Source: Bdellovibrionales bacterium (GTDB lineage: Bacteria; Bdellovibrionota; Bdellovibrionia; Bdellovibrionales; UBA1609). From it: a stretch of DNA of 64,000 bases. How positions within the stretch are numbered: position 1 is the stretch's first letter; every line of letters starts with the position of its first letter. This document shows, piece after piece, positions 40,503 through 49,915 of this stretch. The notes under the pieces are model-generated. The model had not been told where the DNA came from. It did not search any database and was given only the letters and a program-made list of their open reading frames with translations. Made by a program: the position numbers and the translations under genes. The stretch covers positions 64,001-128,000 of the forward strand of contig DAHVQG010000008.1 of NCBI GenBank assembly GCA_027317865.1, read 5' to 3'.

Positions 40503-41446
40503 CGCATGGTTTTCCTTAACTTTTCTACAAACTGATTGAGTTCTTCGTCGGAATAAAACGTAAAAGACAATGTGCGCGTTTTACCCACAGATTGTATAGC
40601 AACTTTAGTTCCTATCATTTGTTGAAGCTCTTGCCGCAGTTGTTTAACCGCCGACAATTCGTCTGAACCCTCAATTTCATTTTGTCCGGAGCCGAGTGCT
40701 TTGGATACCATTTTTTCAACAGCGCGAACCGAGAGTCGAAGCTGCACTGCTTTTTTTGCAAGCTGAGTTTGTAGCCCCGGGTTGGACACAGCCAAAAGAA
40801 CTTTTGCTTGCCCCAGCTGCAAATCACCGGCCCTTACCAAGGATTTTACGTCTGGAGCTAGATGAATTAAACGAAGAAGATTGGCCACGGTTGCGCGATC
40901 CTTACCCACCTTTTCTGCAATCTGCTGTTGAGTAAGCGCGTATTTTGTGGCGAGCAGGGAATAAGCCTCCGCCTCTTCAAGCGCATTTAGATCGTGCCTC
41001 TGAATATTTTCAATAAGCGCCAACTCAAGGGTTTCTTTGTTTTCAGCCTCGCGAACAATCACGGGAACTTCTTTTAAGCCCGCCAATTGGGCCGCTCGCC
41101 AGCGGCGCTCGCCGGCGATAATTTCATACTCATTAGTGACCGATTTTCTGGCCACTATTGGTAAGATAATTCCGTTTGATTTAATTGATTGCGCAAGCTC
41201 GTCTAACTTTAGTCGGTCAAACTGCTTTCGCGGTTGCCCGACATTCGGTCGAATTTTTTCAATTGCTATTTTTAAAACACGCTCGCCTTTTTGTTCTATG
41301 GCGCTTGATGCCGTGGCCGAGTCGGGCAATATCGCGCCAGGCTCCGAACTCACATCGTTAATGCCCAACTCACCCAAGAGGCTACCGAGCCCGCGACCCA
41401 AACCTTTTTTATTTATTTTCCTGAGCGCTTGAATTTCTTCAGACAT
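40499..41446 (-). CDS. parB: Chromosome partitioning protein ParB
   Basis: GLGRGL, QPRK, IAGERRWRAA, ENIQRHDLN, HTH. Confidence 0.96.
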   Translation of the reverse strand: MSEEIQALRKINKKGLGRGLGSLLGELGINDVSSEPGAILPDSATASSAIEQKGERVLKIAIEKIRPNVGQPRKQFDRLKLDELAQSIKSNGIILPIVARKSVTNEYEIIAGERRWRAAQLAGLKEVPVIVREAENKETLELALIENIQRHDLNALEEAEAYSLLATKYALTQQQIAEKVGKDRATVANLLRLIHLAPDVKSLVRAGDLQLGQAKVLLAVSNPGLQTQLAKKAVQLRLSVRAVEKMVSKALGSGQNEIEGSDELSAVKQLRQELQQMIGTKVAIQSVGKTRTLSFTFYSDEELNQFVEKLRKTMR

Positions 41447-42266
41447 TGGCAGATTCCTGTTCTACCGGGAATTCATGACTTTGTGTCACCATCGGCTGAG
41501 GATTCACGCGCTGGTCAAGCTCAATGGCAAGCTCCTGGTATTTCTTTGCTCCAACTGATTTTGGATCATATGTAAATATCGATTGGCCGTGGCTGGGCGC
41601 TTCGCTCAACCGAACATTTCGTGGAATTATGGCCGAAAATACTTTTTCGCCGAAATGGCTTTGAATCTCGCTCACAACTTGGTGGCTGAGATTGTTTCGT
41701 GCATCAAACATTGTGAGAACAATGCCTTCAATCTTTAAATCCGGGTTGAGGTTCTTTTTTATTAGGCCGGCCGTATTCAACAGTTGGCTAAGCCCCTCAA
41801 GAGCATAGTATTCGCACTGTAGGGGAACAAGAAAACTGGTCGCCGAACAAAGAGCATTGACGGTGAGCAGCCCCAAAGACGGCGGACAGTCGATTAAAAC
41901 GTAGTCAAAAGTATGTTCGACTTCGCGTAGCGCGCCGCGCAACTTGTATTCGCGGCTTTGCATTTCGACGAGCTCAATTTCCGCTCCGACGAGGTCTGGG
42001 TTTGCGGTGGCTATTTTTAGGTTGTTCAATTGCGTATTTTGAATAACTTGACTAATCAATTTTTGGTTAATCAAAACATGATAAATGTTGTTCTCATGGT
42101 TTTCGTACTTCTTTATGCCTAGGCCGCTTGAGGCATTTCCTTGGGGGTCCAAATCTACAATTAAAACTTTTCGCCCAATTTGGCTTAGCGCTGCCGCAAG
42201 GTTAACCGTTGTTGTTGTTTTGCCAACGCCGCCCTTTTGATTGGCCACGCAAATTATGTATGCCAT
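41439..42266 (-). CDS. parA: Chromosome partitioning ATPase ParA/Soj
   Basis: NQKGGVGKTTT, DLDPQGNAS, DCPPSLG; start at ATG 42266. Confidence 0.96.
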   Translation of the reverse strand: MAYIICVANQKGGVGKTTTTVNLAAALSQIGRKVLIVDLDPQGNASSGLGIKKYENHENNIYHVLINQKLISQVIQNTQLNNLKIATANPDLVGAEIELVEMQSREYKLRGALREVEHTFDYVLIDCPPSLGLLTVNALCSATSFLVPLQCEYYALEGLSQLLNTAGLIKKNLNPDLKIEGIVLTMFDARNNLSHQVVSEIQSHFGEKVFSAIIPRNVRLSEAPSHGQSIFTYDPKSVGAKKYQELAIELDQRVNPQPMVTQSHEFPVEQESANV

Positions 42267-42362
42267 GCCACCCCCACGAAACCTTTGATAATATAATTTA
42301 GCCAATAGTCGCGGATTAAAGCAAAGATTTTTTCGCTCATCTTTATGAGAGTTTCTGACGAT

Positions 42363-42378
42363 TGTTCTACGTGGAACT
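42363..42378. promoter_or_regulatory. parS site (2 mismatches)
   Basis: TGTTCTACGTGGAACT versus TGTTCCACGTGGAACA; about 100 bp upstream of parA. Confidence 0.7.
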
Positions 42379-42382
42379 TTTT

Positions 42383-42829
42383 ATGCGGCGCTTTTTTTGG
42401 ATTATCATTTTAATCTGCCCAGTTTTGGCTAGTTGCCACAGGCAAAACCCATACCCTGAACTCAACGATCCGATTTACGAAGACCTTTTTCACAGCTTGC
42501 AAGCCAAAACCCACGATCTTGCAGAAGCAAAAAAGAAACTTGCAGCTATTAAAAAAGAACTAGTCGCAACGAGACCGCGCACGATCGACCGCGCAAACGA
42601 CAAGCTCTTATTAAAAAAGGAGCAAGTCATCTACCAAAGACTATTGCAGACAGTGGCATATGATAAAATACGGACAAAACGCCGACAGGTCGACGACCGC
42701 GTATCTTACAAACTCGCATTCTTACAAGGCAAACCTTGGCCAAACCCAAAGGAATATCAGCGCTATCTGCTTAGCAAAAAAATGTCCCATTCCGTCCACA
42801 ACTGGGACCACCCAAACAATAAACAATAA
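42383..42829 (+). CDS. Hypothetical basic lipoprotein with coiled coil
   Basis: MRRFFWIIILICPVLAS-C signal II; start moved to ATG 42383. Confidence 0.75.
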   Translation: MRRFFWIIILICPVLASCHRQNPYPELNDPIYEDLFHSLQAKTHDLAEAKKKLAAIKKELVATRPRTIDRANDKLLLKKEQVIYQRLLQTVAYDKIRTKRRQVDDRVSYKLAFLQGKPWPNPKEYQRYLLSKKMSHSVHNWDHPNNKQ

Positions 42830-42849
42830 TTTCTTAAAAATCTTTTGCC

Positions 42850-42865
42850 TGTTCCACGTGGAACA
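42850..42865. promoter_or_regulatory. parS site (perfect palindrome)
   Basis: TGTTCCACGTGGAACA, intergenic, near parAB and oriC. Confidence 0.95.
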
Positions 42866-42928
42866 CCGATAACGATGTCAAATTATCCAAATGCAGGCGA
42901 ATTGAATAATCAAACTGTTCACGCATAC

Positions 42929-43624
42929 TCATTTCCGAACTGTCAAAATAACAGATAGCTTAGCCCCGCCCTTAGGAAGCTCGTAATCGCCCAAAAATTT
43001 CGGTTCCCACGAGGCCAGAACCTGTGCTGGCAACTGACCCACCTCGCGAGCCCACGTTTCGCCCTTCATATGATAAAATTCACAACCCTTGCCCGCAACT
43101 TTTCTGAGCATAAGCAACGCTCGGCCAATAGGCGCAAATCCGCGGCAAACGCCACAATGCATTATGCCCTCGCCCAACTCTTCAGCCCGAGCATGCGTTG
43201 CAAAACAATTCTTTAAACCCAACTTATTTATACAGTGCTTTATAAATTCGATTTTTCGCGTATCTGAGTCCACCAGCCGAAATGTCCGCTCCGGAGCCAA
43301 AATAGCCATAATCAGACCAGGAACTCCGTTGCCAGACCCAATGTCGTGAATCTCACCATGCTTCGAGTGCCCTAAAATCAATTTAGCCGCCAAAATGCCG
43401 TCTGCAACATGAATTAAATCCCCATCTTCTTCCGTACGCGGCGAAACCAAATTCATTTTCTTATTAAAAAAAATAAGCTCGGAATAATAAGCCCGCAAAC
43501 TATCCAAAATTTGTATACTAAGGTCAGAAAACCATTCCGGTACACGCCAAGGCAGCTCGACTCCATCCTTAATGTCTGTCATGGCCGCCACAACCTCCGG
43601 CACCGTTTGATTCATTTTGCTCAT
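42929..43624 (-). CDS. rsmG: 16S rRNA m7G527 methyltransferase (start may be 43582 or 43615)
   Basis: NKKMNLVS, DIGSGNGVPG, RAEE; follows mnmG. Confidence 0.9.
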   Translation of the reverse strand: MSKMNQTVPEVVAAMTDIKDGVELPWRVPEWFSDLSIQILDSLRAYYSELIFFNKKMNLVSPRTEEDGDLIHVADGILAAKLILGHSKHGEIHDIGSGNGVPGLIMAILAPERTFRLVDSDTRKIEFIKHCINKLGLKNCFATHARAEELGEGIMHCGVCRGFAPIGRALLMLRKVAGKGCEFYHMKGETWAREVGQLPAQVLASWEPKFLGDYELPKGGAKLSVILTVRK

Positions 43625-45482
43625 GCGCTTTTAGATGAATCATAATAGCCTGAATCCCACTAGGATTCACCCCGCTTATTCGGTTTGCTTGACCTAAATT
43701 TCGAGGACCAACTCTTTTTAGCTTTTCTCGCTCTTCACGAGATAAACCATGCACTCGCTCAAAATCAATGCTTTCTGGAATTACTACATTTTCAAGACGG
43801 CGCCACTGTTCAATAAGCTCTCGTTGTCGCCTTATATAACCATCGTACTTAACTTCTATTTCTACTGGCTCAAGTACACGATCAAAGTCGTATTCGCCCT
43901 GAAACCCAAACTCTCTAAGTTTAAAACAAGAAAACTCCTCGCGCTTAAGTAAATCACTTAATCTTAAAGGCTTTTGCAAAACAGGCGAATTCAAATTACG
44001 AAGCTTCGACTGTGTTTCGTCACTTGGCACGACCCATTCTGAATCTAGCGCTTCGCGAACTTCTTGGCGCTCACACAGTATCTTGTCGTACATCGAGCAA
44101 ACGTCATCGGACGCTAACCTAGCATCCTTTGCCATCCTCGATAACCTTTCAAGAACATTATCTTCTCTCAATACAAGGCGATACTCCGCGCGCGAAGTCA
44201 TCATTCTGTAAGGTTCTTGCGTCCCCTTCGTAACAAGATCATCGATCAAGACACCAATGTAGGCTTCGTCGCGTCTTAATATAATGGGCTCACGCTCTAA
44301 ACATGACAGCGCTGCATTTATTCCCGCCATCAACCCTTGCGCTGCGGCTTCTTCGTAACCGCTTGTACCATTAATTTGGCCCGCTAAAAATAATCCCGAA
44401 ATTGCCTTTGTTTCAAGCGTCGACGTCAGTTGCGTTGGACTAAAAAAATCATATTCCACTGCATAACCCGGCCGAACCAATTTCACTTCTTCTAAACCCG
44501 GCATAGTTTTTAAAAACTCATATTGAACCGACTCGGGCAGGCTCGTCGACATTCCCTGAATATAGATTAAATCCGACTCGAGCCCCTCAGGCTCAAGAAA
44601 ACTTTGGTGGCTCAGCTTGTCTGCAAAACGCGTCACTTTATCTTCAATACTCGGGCAATATCTAGGACCAACTCCTTGAATAATTCCACAAAACATAGGG
44701 GATTGATCGAGATTGCGCCGAATAATCTCGTGCGTCTTCTCATTAGTCGTCGTAAGAAAACAGGCCACTTGCGGCAATGAAAGCCTATTTGGACTTCGTA
44801 AACTAAATGGGATGAACCGCTTGTCGCCCCATTGCTGCTTAGTTTTTTCAAAATTAATACTCGATTTGAGTGCGCGCGCCGGCGTTCCCGTTTTGAGCCG
44901 CCCAACCTGAAAACCAAAAGCGGAAAGTTGCTCGGAGATACCCATCGTTGCTTGATCTCCAACCCGGCCACCCGGAATTTGCTTCAGTCCAAAATGCATG
45001 ATGGCATTCATAAATGTTCCGGCGCACAATATAACCTTACGCGAGCGAACACGTACGCCTTCAATAGTCACAACTCCGCAACATTTGCTGCCCTCAAGGA
45101 TGAGTTCTCGTGCCTCTCCTTCACGCACGACCAAATTTTCTGCGGAGCGAACACGCTCACTCATATATTTGCAATATAAATCCTTATCACACTGAGCGCG
45201 GGAGCCTCGCACGGCCGGACCTCGGCTCGCGTTGAGCCGCTTAAACTGTAAGCAAGTTTTGTCCGCAGCAACCGACATTTCCCCGCCCAAAATGTCGATC
45301 TCCTTAACCATGTGTCCTTTAGCGAGACCGCCAATTGAGGGGTTACAACTCATGTAACCAATGCGACTGATATTATTTGTTAAAAGAAGCGCCTTAAGTC
45401 CAAGGCGACTTGCCGCCAAACTCGCTTCTATCCCGGCGTGTCCGCCTCCGACTACTATGATATCAAAATCGCAATTATTCAT
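43569..45482 (-). CDS. mnmG: tRNA uridine-5-carboxymethylaminomethyl modification enzyme
   Basis: GGGHAG, MSCNPSIGG, GPRYCPSIEDK, GQINGTSGYEEAAAQG. Confidence 0.97.
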   Translation of the reverse strand: MNNCDFDIIVVGGGHAGIEASLAASRLGLKALLLTNNISRIGYMSCNPSIGGLAKGHMVKEIDILGGEMSVAADKTCLQFKRLNASRGPAVRGSRAQCDKDLYCKYMSERVRSAENLVVREGEARELILEGSKCCGVVTIEGVRVRSRKVILCAGTFMNAIMHFGLKQIPGGRVGDQATMGISEQLSAFGFQVGRLKTGTPARALKSSINFEKTKQQWGDKRFIPFSLRSPNRLSLPQVACFLTTTNEKTHEIIRRNLDQSPMFCGIIQGVGPRYCPSIEDKVTRFADKLSHQSFLEPEGLESDLIYIQGMSTSLPESVQYEFLKTMPGLEEVKLVRPGYAVEYDFFSPTQLTSTLETKAISGLFLAGQINGTSGYEEAAAQGLMAGINAALSCLEREPIILRRDEAYIGVLIDDLVTKGTQEPYRMMTSRAEYRLVLREDNVLERLSRMAKDARLASDDVCSMYDKILCERQEVREALDSEWVVPSDETQSKLRNLNSPVLQKPLRLSDLLKREEFSCFKLREFGFQGEYDFDRVLEPVEIEVKYDGYIRRQRELIEQWRRLENVVIPESIDFERVHGLSREEREKLKRVGPRNLGQANRISGVNPSGIQAIMIHLKAHEQNESNGAGGCGGHDRH

Positions 45483-45485
45483 AAT

Positions 45486-46856
45486 TTATTTGCCAATGCA
45501 AAAATCATGAAAAACGCGATCAGTCACTTCATTGTTCAACTGTGCTCCTCGCAATTTCATAATCTCTTGCAAACAACTCTGCAAATCAGCCGCAACAAAC
45601 TCCGGACTCCGATTCCGTTCCACGGCCATTTTGCTAGCTTCCAAAAATTTGACGGCCGAACTGAGCGCCTCAAATTGTCGCGTGTTATGAATCAACGCTC
45701 CGTCATCTAATATTGAAAGATCCGTTTTTTCTAAAATTTTCTCCATTAACTTCTCTAACCCCGCGCCGTTTGCTGCGCTCACAAGTAGGTCAACCGATAG
45801 TTTTGGCTCTTCGCCAGGCTCTAGAAGGTCGCACTTGTTCCCAACTGTAATAATAGTTGAAACCGTTGCGTCTTGAATCGCTAAATCAACCATCGCCATT
45901 TCATCAGCATCCGTTGCTTTTACATCTATCACACGGATTGCGACATCCGCGGATTCAATTGCCTTGAGTGCTCGACTGATACCGAGATCTTCAACTTCAT
46001 CATCTGTAATTCGAACTCCAGCGCAATCCACAAATCGAATAAGTTGCCCGTAAACCTGCTTTTCAAAATCAACCCAATCCCTTGTTGTGCCGGGGCGCTC
46101 TGAAACAATAGAGCGCTCTTCGCCGGCAAGTTTATTAAATAAACTCGATTTGCCCACATTTGGTGGCCCCACAATAACAACGTTGAGTCCTTCTTTTATC
46201 ATTCGTCCAAAATGAAAACTCTGTACAAGTCGTTTAAGTTCAGTTTCAACGTCTGCAAGACGATTTAAAATCTTATCGTAGGGTGTAAAAATTATGTCTT
46301 CGCTTGAAAAATCAATATTCGCTTCGAGCTGCGCTAGTGCCCAAACAAGGTCATCTTCAACTGCGAGTAGTTGATTAGAGAGCTCTCCGCGCAATGATCG
46401 TAAAGCCATTTTAGCAGCTCTCGGGCTTTGGCTCTCAATTAAATCAAGTACGCTCTCGGCTTGTACCAGATCAATTCGTCCGTTCATTACTGCGCGATAA
46501 GTAAATTCACCGCGCTCGGCAAGGCGCGCCCCTGAGCGCACCAAAGCATGTAGAATTTGGCCGACAATATGGGGGTTGCCGTGACACGAAATCTCAAAGC
46601 TTGGTTCTCGCGTATAAGATCGGCCTTTTGCAAAATACGTGACCATAACCTCGTCGATCACTTCACCGTCGAAAGGATTACGCAAAAAGGTGTAATACGC
46701 TCGATGGTCACACAAGTCCTTTGTTAAATCAGGCGCAATCGCCCGCATGACAAAATCGGCGTTTTCACCACTTACGCGAATTATAGCTAAAGCCGACACC
46801 CCTTGCGCCGTTGCGAGCGCGCAAATTGTGTCACGATCATGCTCAGGATGAAACAT
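45486..46856 (-). CDS. mnmE: tRNA modification GTPase
   Basis: GPPNVGKSS, GTTRD, NKCD, C-terminal FCIGK. Confidence 0.96.
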   Translation of the reverse strand: MFHPEHDRDTICALATAQGVSALAIIRVSGENADFVMRAIAPDLTKDLCDHRAYYTFLRNPFDGEVIDEVMVTYFAKGRSYTREPSFEISCHGNPHIVGQILHALVRSGARLAERGEFTYRAVMNGRIDLVQAESVLDLIESQSPRAAKMALRSLRGELSNQLLAVEDDLVWALAQLEANIDFSSEDIIFTPYDKILNRLADVETELKRLVQSFHFGRMIKEGLNVVIVGPPNVGKSSLFNKLAGEERSIVSERPGTTRDWVDFEKQVYGQLIRFVDCAGVRITDDEVEDLGISRALKAIESADVAIRVIDVKATDADEMAMVDLAIQDATVSTIITVGNKCDLLEPGEEPKLSVDLLVSAANGAGLEKLMEKILEKTDLSILDDGALIHNTRQFEALSSAVKFLEASKMAVERNRSPEFVAADLQSCLQEIMKLRGAQLNNEVTDRVFHDFCIGK

Positions 46857-46859
46857 ACA

Positions 46860-47417
46860 TCATTGTGGAGAGCGCTCCACGGACGACTCGCGGTCCAATG
46901 TGTCTTCAGATCTTACTGCATAAATTTTTATTTTTTTAAAAAACCCCTCTCCAACTGACCGGCTACGCACTCGCCCGTCTTCAGCTAGATACTGGTGTAT
47001 GACTTTTCGATCTCGAGGCGGCAACGCTCGGAAATAAACTGGTTTACCTTTCTCAAGCGCTACATTTTTAAGTTTTTCAGCCAGATCCGTAAGCTCTTGG
47101 TTTGCTTGATCGCGAAAGCCCGCATTATCAACCCGGATCGACACATGAGACTCCGGAAGTCGGTGCTGTACAACTCGAGTTAAAAATAGCTGAATCGCAT
47201 CAAGTAGCTGCCCCTCGCGAGCCCGAAAAATTTCTTCGTCTGCGCCGTGAATTTCAACATTTATATTGTCTTCTCCCTCCGCAACAACGTCATAATCAAA
47301 CGCCAGCGTTGACGTCGCCTTAAGACCTTCAAGACAATCCTCAATAACTGATTTCGTATCGTTCGGCTTTTCGTCACTTGAGTTTTTACCGAATAATTTA
47401 CCAAAAAATCCCGACAT
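46860..47417 (-). CDS. jag: Jag/KhpB RNA-binding protein (KH + R3H)
   Basis: GQLLDAIQ KH-like segment, RKVIH R3H motif, SRSVGEG; between yidC and mnmE. Confidence 0.85.
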   Translation of the reverse strand: MSGFFGKLFGKNSSDEKPNDTKSVIEDCLEGLKATSTLAFDYDVVAEGEDNINVEIHGADEEIFRAREGQLLDAIQLFLTRVVQHRLPESHVSIRVDNAGFRDQANQELTDLAEKLKNVALEKGKPVYFRALPPRDRKVIHQYLAEDGRVRSRSVGEGFFKKIKIYAVRSEDTLDRESSVERSPQ

Positions 47418-47431
47418 ATAACTCCTCCTTT

Positions 47432-49057
47432 TTAGGCGTGGGCAACTGATAATTGTTTCTTTTCTCTCATAAATAAATACTGTTGTAGAAATCCAAATAG
47501 CGAACTTACAAAAATATAAAGCGTCAAGCCGCTAGGCAATGATACGGTCATGGCCATAAAAATAAAGGGCATAAATTGCAGGATTTTCTGTTGCGAGGGA
47601 TCCATGGTGCTCGGTGTAATTTTCTGCTGAGCCCACATGGCGACTCCCATTAGAATCGGCAAAACATAAAATGGGTCTTTTGCACTTAAATCGTGAATCC
47701 AAAATATGAACGGCGCTTTATAGAGTTCAATGCTCTGGCCCAGTACTTCGTAAAGGGCAAAAAATATTGGGATTTGCAAAAACATCGGCAAACAGCCGCC
47801 AACAGGATTGGCATGATTTTCGCGCATCAATTTCATCATTTCTTGATTCATTGTCTTTGCATCATCTTTGTATCGCTCACGCAAAGCTTTGATTTGCGGT
47901 TGAATCCGCGCCATCGCCTTCATTTGCTTATAACTTAAAATGCTAAATGGCGCGGCAATCAACCGAACAAGAAGAGTCAAAACTATAATAACCCAGCCCC
48001 AATTGCCGACTACGCCGTGAATCATCATCATGAGCCAGAAAAGCCATTTTGCGATCATCGTAAAAAATCCAAAATTAATAAGGCCCGTCATTTCCGGCGC
48101 AATGCTTTTTAACAGATTATATCTCTTGGGTCCGGCAAAACCTGTAAACGAAACATTAAATTGAGAATTTTGGTTGAGCCTCTCGTAGCGCAAGGTTGCC
48201 ACAGCCTTGGGTTCGTTTTCACTGCCGTCTTTTTTCGGATCGGTCCAAAATTGCAAACTTGGCCTTACCGGCGATTGATCGAGAACTGCAACCGCAAAAT
48301 ATTGCGATCCGTATCCCGTCACTAATGCCTCATTGTAGCTCGAATTCAAATATTTATCTGGTTTAACTATGGTGCGGCTGATCTTATCGGAATGGTTAAC
48401 GAATAATTCTTCGTGATCAAACCGCCCGGCAAAAAACCCTGAAACGGCAGGCGGTATTTTATCTGCAATTTGAGTAAATAACCCTTTAAATGACGGGTCG
48501 ATGTTAGTGACTTGAATGTTCGTTTTAAAAGTATACCGATTCGAGTTAACTACTATTTGCTTTCTTATACTCATTGCGCCGACTTGCGCATTACCAACAA
48601 AAGTATTGGGGCCATCTTGGTGAATATCAAATGTAAGTGGTTTGCCTTGGCCGATAAGGCCCGTGCTAAACAGGGCAAGCTTATGCCCGTGTGCAAATCG
48701 AATCTGTTTATTTTGTCGGTTTGAATATTTATTTAACCGGATGTCGCGAATCGCCATGCCCTTTGACGATAAAACAAAGCTCCATGTCGCATTTGCATAC
48801 TTGAGCGTTTTCTCCGGTACTACGACTGCGCCTTTTACCGTTTTGGTGTTTGTCGCTGCCCGTTCTTTGCTTTGTCCTGCTGTTTGCTTAGGCTCTGCCG
48901 CTTGATTTGACTCTTTAACTATAGGGCCTTTTGATTTTGGCGCTGGATATTTTTTTGCCAAATATGACTGCCACCCCATCCACACAAAGCCGATGAGAAT
49001 GACGGTTAGAATAAAGCGGCTATCGAAAGCTGGTCCTTGTTGATTAGAATCAGACAT
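47432..49057 (-). CDS. yidC: Membrane protein insertase YidC
   Basis: GNWG, NPVGGCLP, WIHDLSAKDP; start 49057 with SD AGGAG. Confidence 0.95.
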   Translation of the reverse strand: MSDSNQQGPAFDSRFILTVILIGFVWMGWQSYLAKKYPAPKSKGPIVKESNQAAEPKQTAGQSKERAATNTKTVKGAVVVPEKTLKYANATWSFVLSSKGMAIRDIRLNKYSNRQNKQIRFAHGHKLALFSTGLIGQGKPLTFDIHQDGPNTFVGNAQVGAMSIRKQIVVNSNRYTFKTNIQVTNIDPSFKGLFTQIADKIPPAVSGFFAGRFDHEELFVNHSDKISRTIVKPDKYLNSSYNEALVTGYGSQYFAVAVLDQSPVRPSLQFWTDPKKDGSENEPKAVATLRYERLNQNSQFNVSFTGFAGPKRYNLLKSIAPEMTGLINFGFFTMIAKWLFWLMMMIHGVVGNWGWVIIVLTLLVRLIAAPFSILSYKQMKAMARIQPQIKALRERYKDDAKTMNQEMMKLMRENHANPVGGCLPMFLQIPIFFALYEVLGQSIELYKAPFIFWIHDLSAKDPFYVLPILMGVAMWAQQKITPSTMDPSQQKILQFMPFIFMAMTVSLPSGLTLYIFVSSLFGFLQQYLFMREKKQLSVAHA

Positions 49058-49316
49058 CTGAGCTCCTTGGAGGAATTGGGTCATAGCCGCAGCGACCCAT
49101 TGGATGGCAAGATAAAAGGCGCCGGATCGAGTGCAAGCAGGCACGGTGAAACGGCAATGTTTTAAAGCATTCTATAGTATAACTAGAACACGACGGATAA
49201 AATCGACAGTTCCCGCCAAGAAACGGGCTCAGCATAACTTGATAAAGCCGTACAAGTAAAATCGCGACAATACTAGGTGCGGCGATTACCCATGACTTCA
49301 AGCTTGTTAATTGCAT
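49050..49316 (-). CDS. yidD: Membrane protein insertion efficiency factor YidD
   Basis: YQVMLSP, CRFYPSCSSY, CHP, GYDPIP; start approximate. Confidence 0.92.
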   Translation of the reverse strand: MQLTSLKSWVIAAPSIVAILLVRLYQVMLSPFLGGNCRFYPSCSSYTIECFKTLPFHRACLHSIRRLLSCHPMGRCGYDPIPPRSSDV

Positions 49317-49647
49317 TTCTGATAGACGCGTTGAACCCTTCATAATTTAGGCCTTTATAAAATAACGGACCGCGATTGAGAAAAATAAAATTAACATCAA
49401 CACAAATATTTTGGTGCTGAGGTAATGCAGACCGCAAACTTTCACGAATCCACCTCTTTAAACGGTTCCGCATGACCGCATTGCCAACGTAACGAGGGAC
49501 AGTCCATCCCACACGGATTTGGCCCGCGCTCTTTTTAACGAATGCTAAAATTAGCCAATCGCTAATCTTAAAAGATCGACCAACCCGCTGAATACGCTGA
49601 AAATCTTGACGGCCGCCCAGACGCAGCCGAGAAAAATTATTTTCCAC
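49273..49647 (-). CDS. rnpA: Ribonuclease P protein component
   Basis: [17 protein letters not shown] (RNR motif); start GTG 49647 overlapping the rpmH end. Confidence 0.9.
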   Translation of the reverse strand: MENNFSRLRLGGRQDFQRIQRVGRSFKISDWLILAFVKKSAGQIRVGWTVPRYVGNAVMRNRLKRWIRESLRSALPQHQNICVDVNFIFLNRGPLFYKGLNYEGFNASIRNAINKLEVMGNRRT

Positions 49648-49789
49648 CGATTGTGACGACGAGACGTTTTCTGCCCTTTTTTCGTCTTCGGGCAATGACT
49701 TTTCGGCCGTTTTTTGTGGCCATTCTTGTTCTAAAACCATGAACACGTTTACGGCGGATTCGGCTGGGCTGGTATGTTCGTTTCGCCAT
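49637..49789 (-). CDS. rpmH: 50S ribosomal protein L34 (absent from the ORF track)
   Basis: Hand translation [57 protein letters not shown]. Confidence 0.97.
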   Translation of the reverse strand: MAKRTYQPSRIRRKRVHGFRTRMATKNGRKVIARRRKKGRKRLVVTIGGK

Positions 49790-49856
49790 TTATGACTCCC
49801 AAAATGAAATTTTTGTGAAAGCATAGAACCACAGGGGATTGTGACCCGTCAAGACA

Positions 49857-49885
49857 TTGAATAATGATAACGGGCATGTTATTAA
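49857..49885 (+). promoter_or_regulatory. Putative sigma70 promoter of dnaA
   Basis: TTGAAT-N17-TATTAA with TGn extended -10. Confidence 0.5.
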
Positions 49886-49915
49886 GGCCACCGTTTTACA
49901 ATTGTTGGGGGGGCC

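Noticed and set aside
43569..43624. 56-nt mnmG/rsmG overlap as a frameshift or fusion
   Set aside because: Both ORFs are intact; explained by a later rsmG start and a short MnmG tail
49648..49824. Long N-terminal extension of RnpA in the ORF track
   Set aside because: That stretch encodes rpmH in another frame; rnpA starts at about 49647
49907..49913. G7 tract before dnaA as a phase-variation site
   Set aside because: Short and at the SD position; similar G-rich SDs precede parA and dksA
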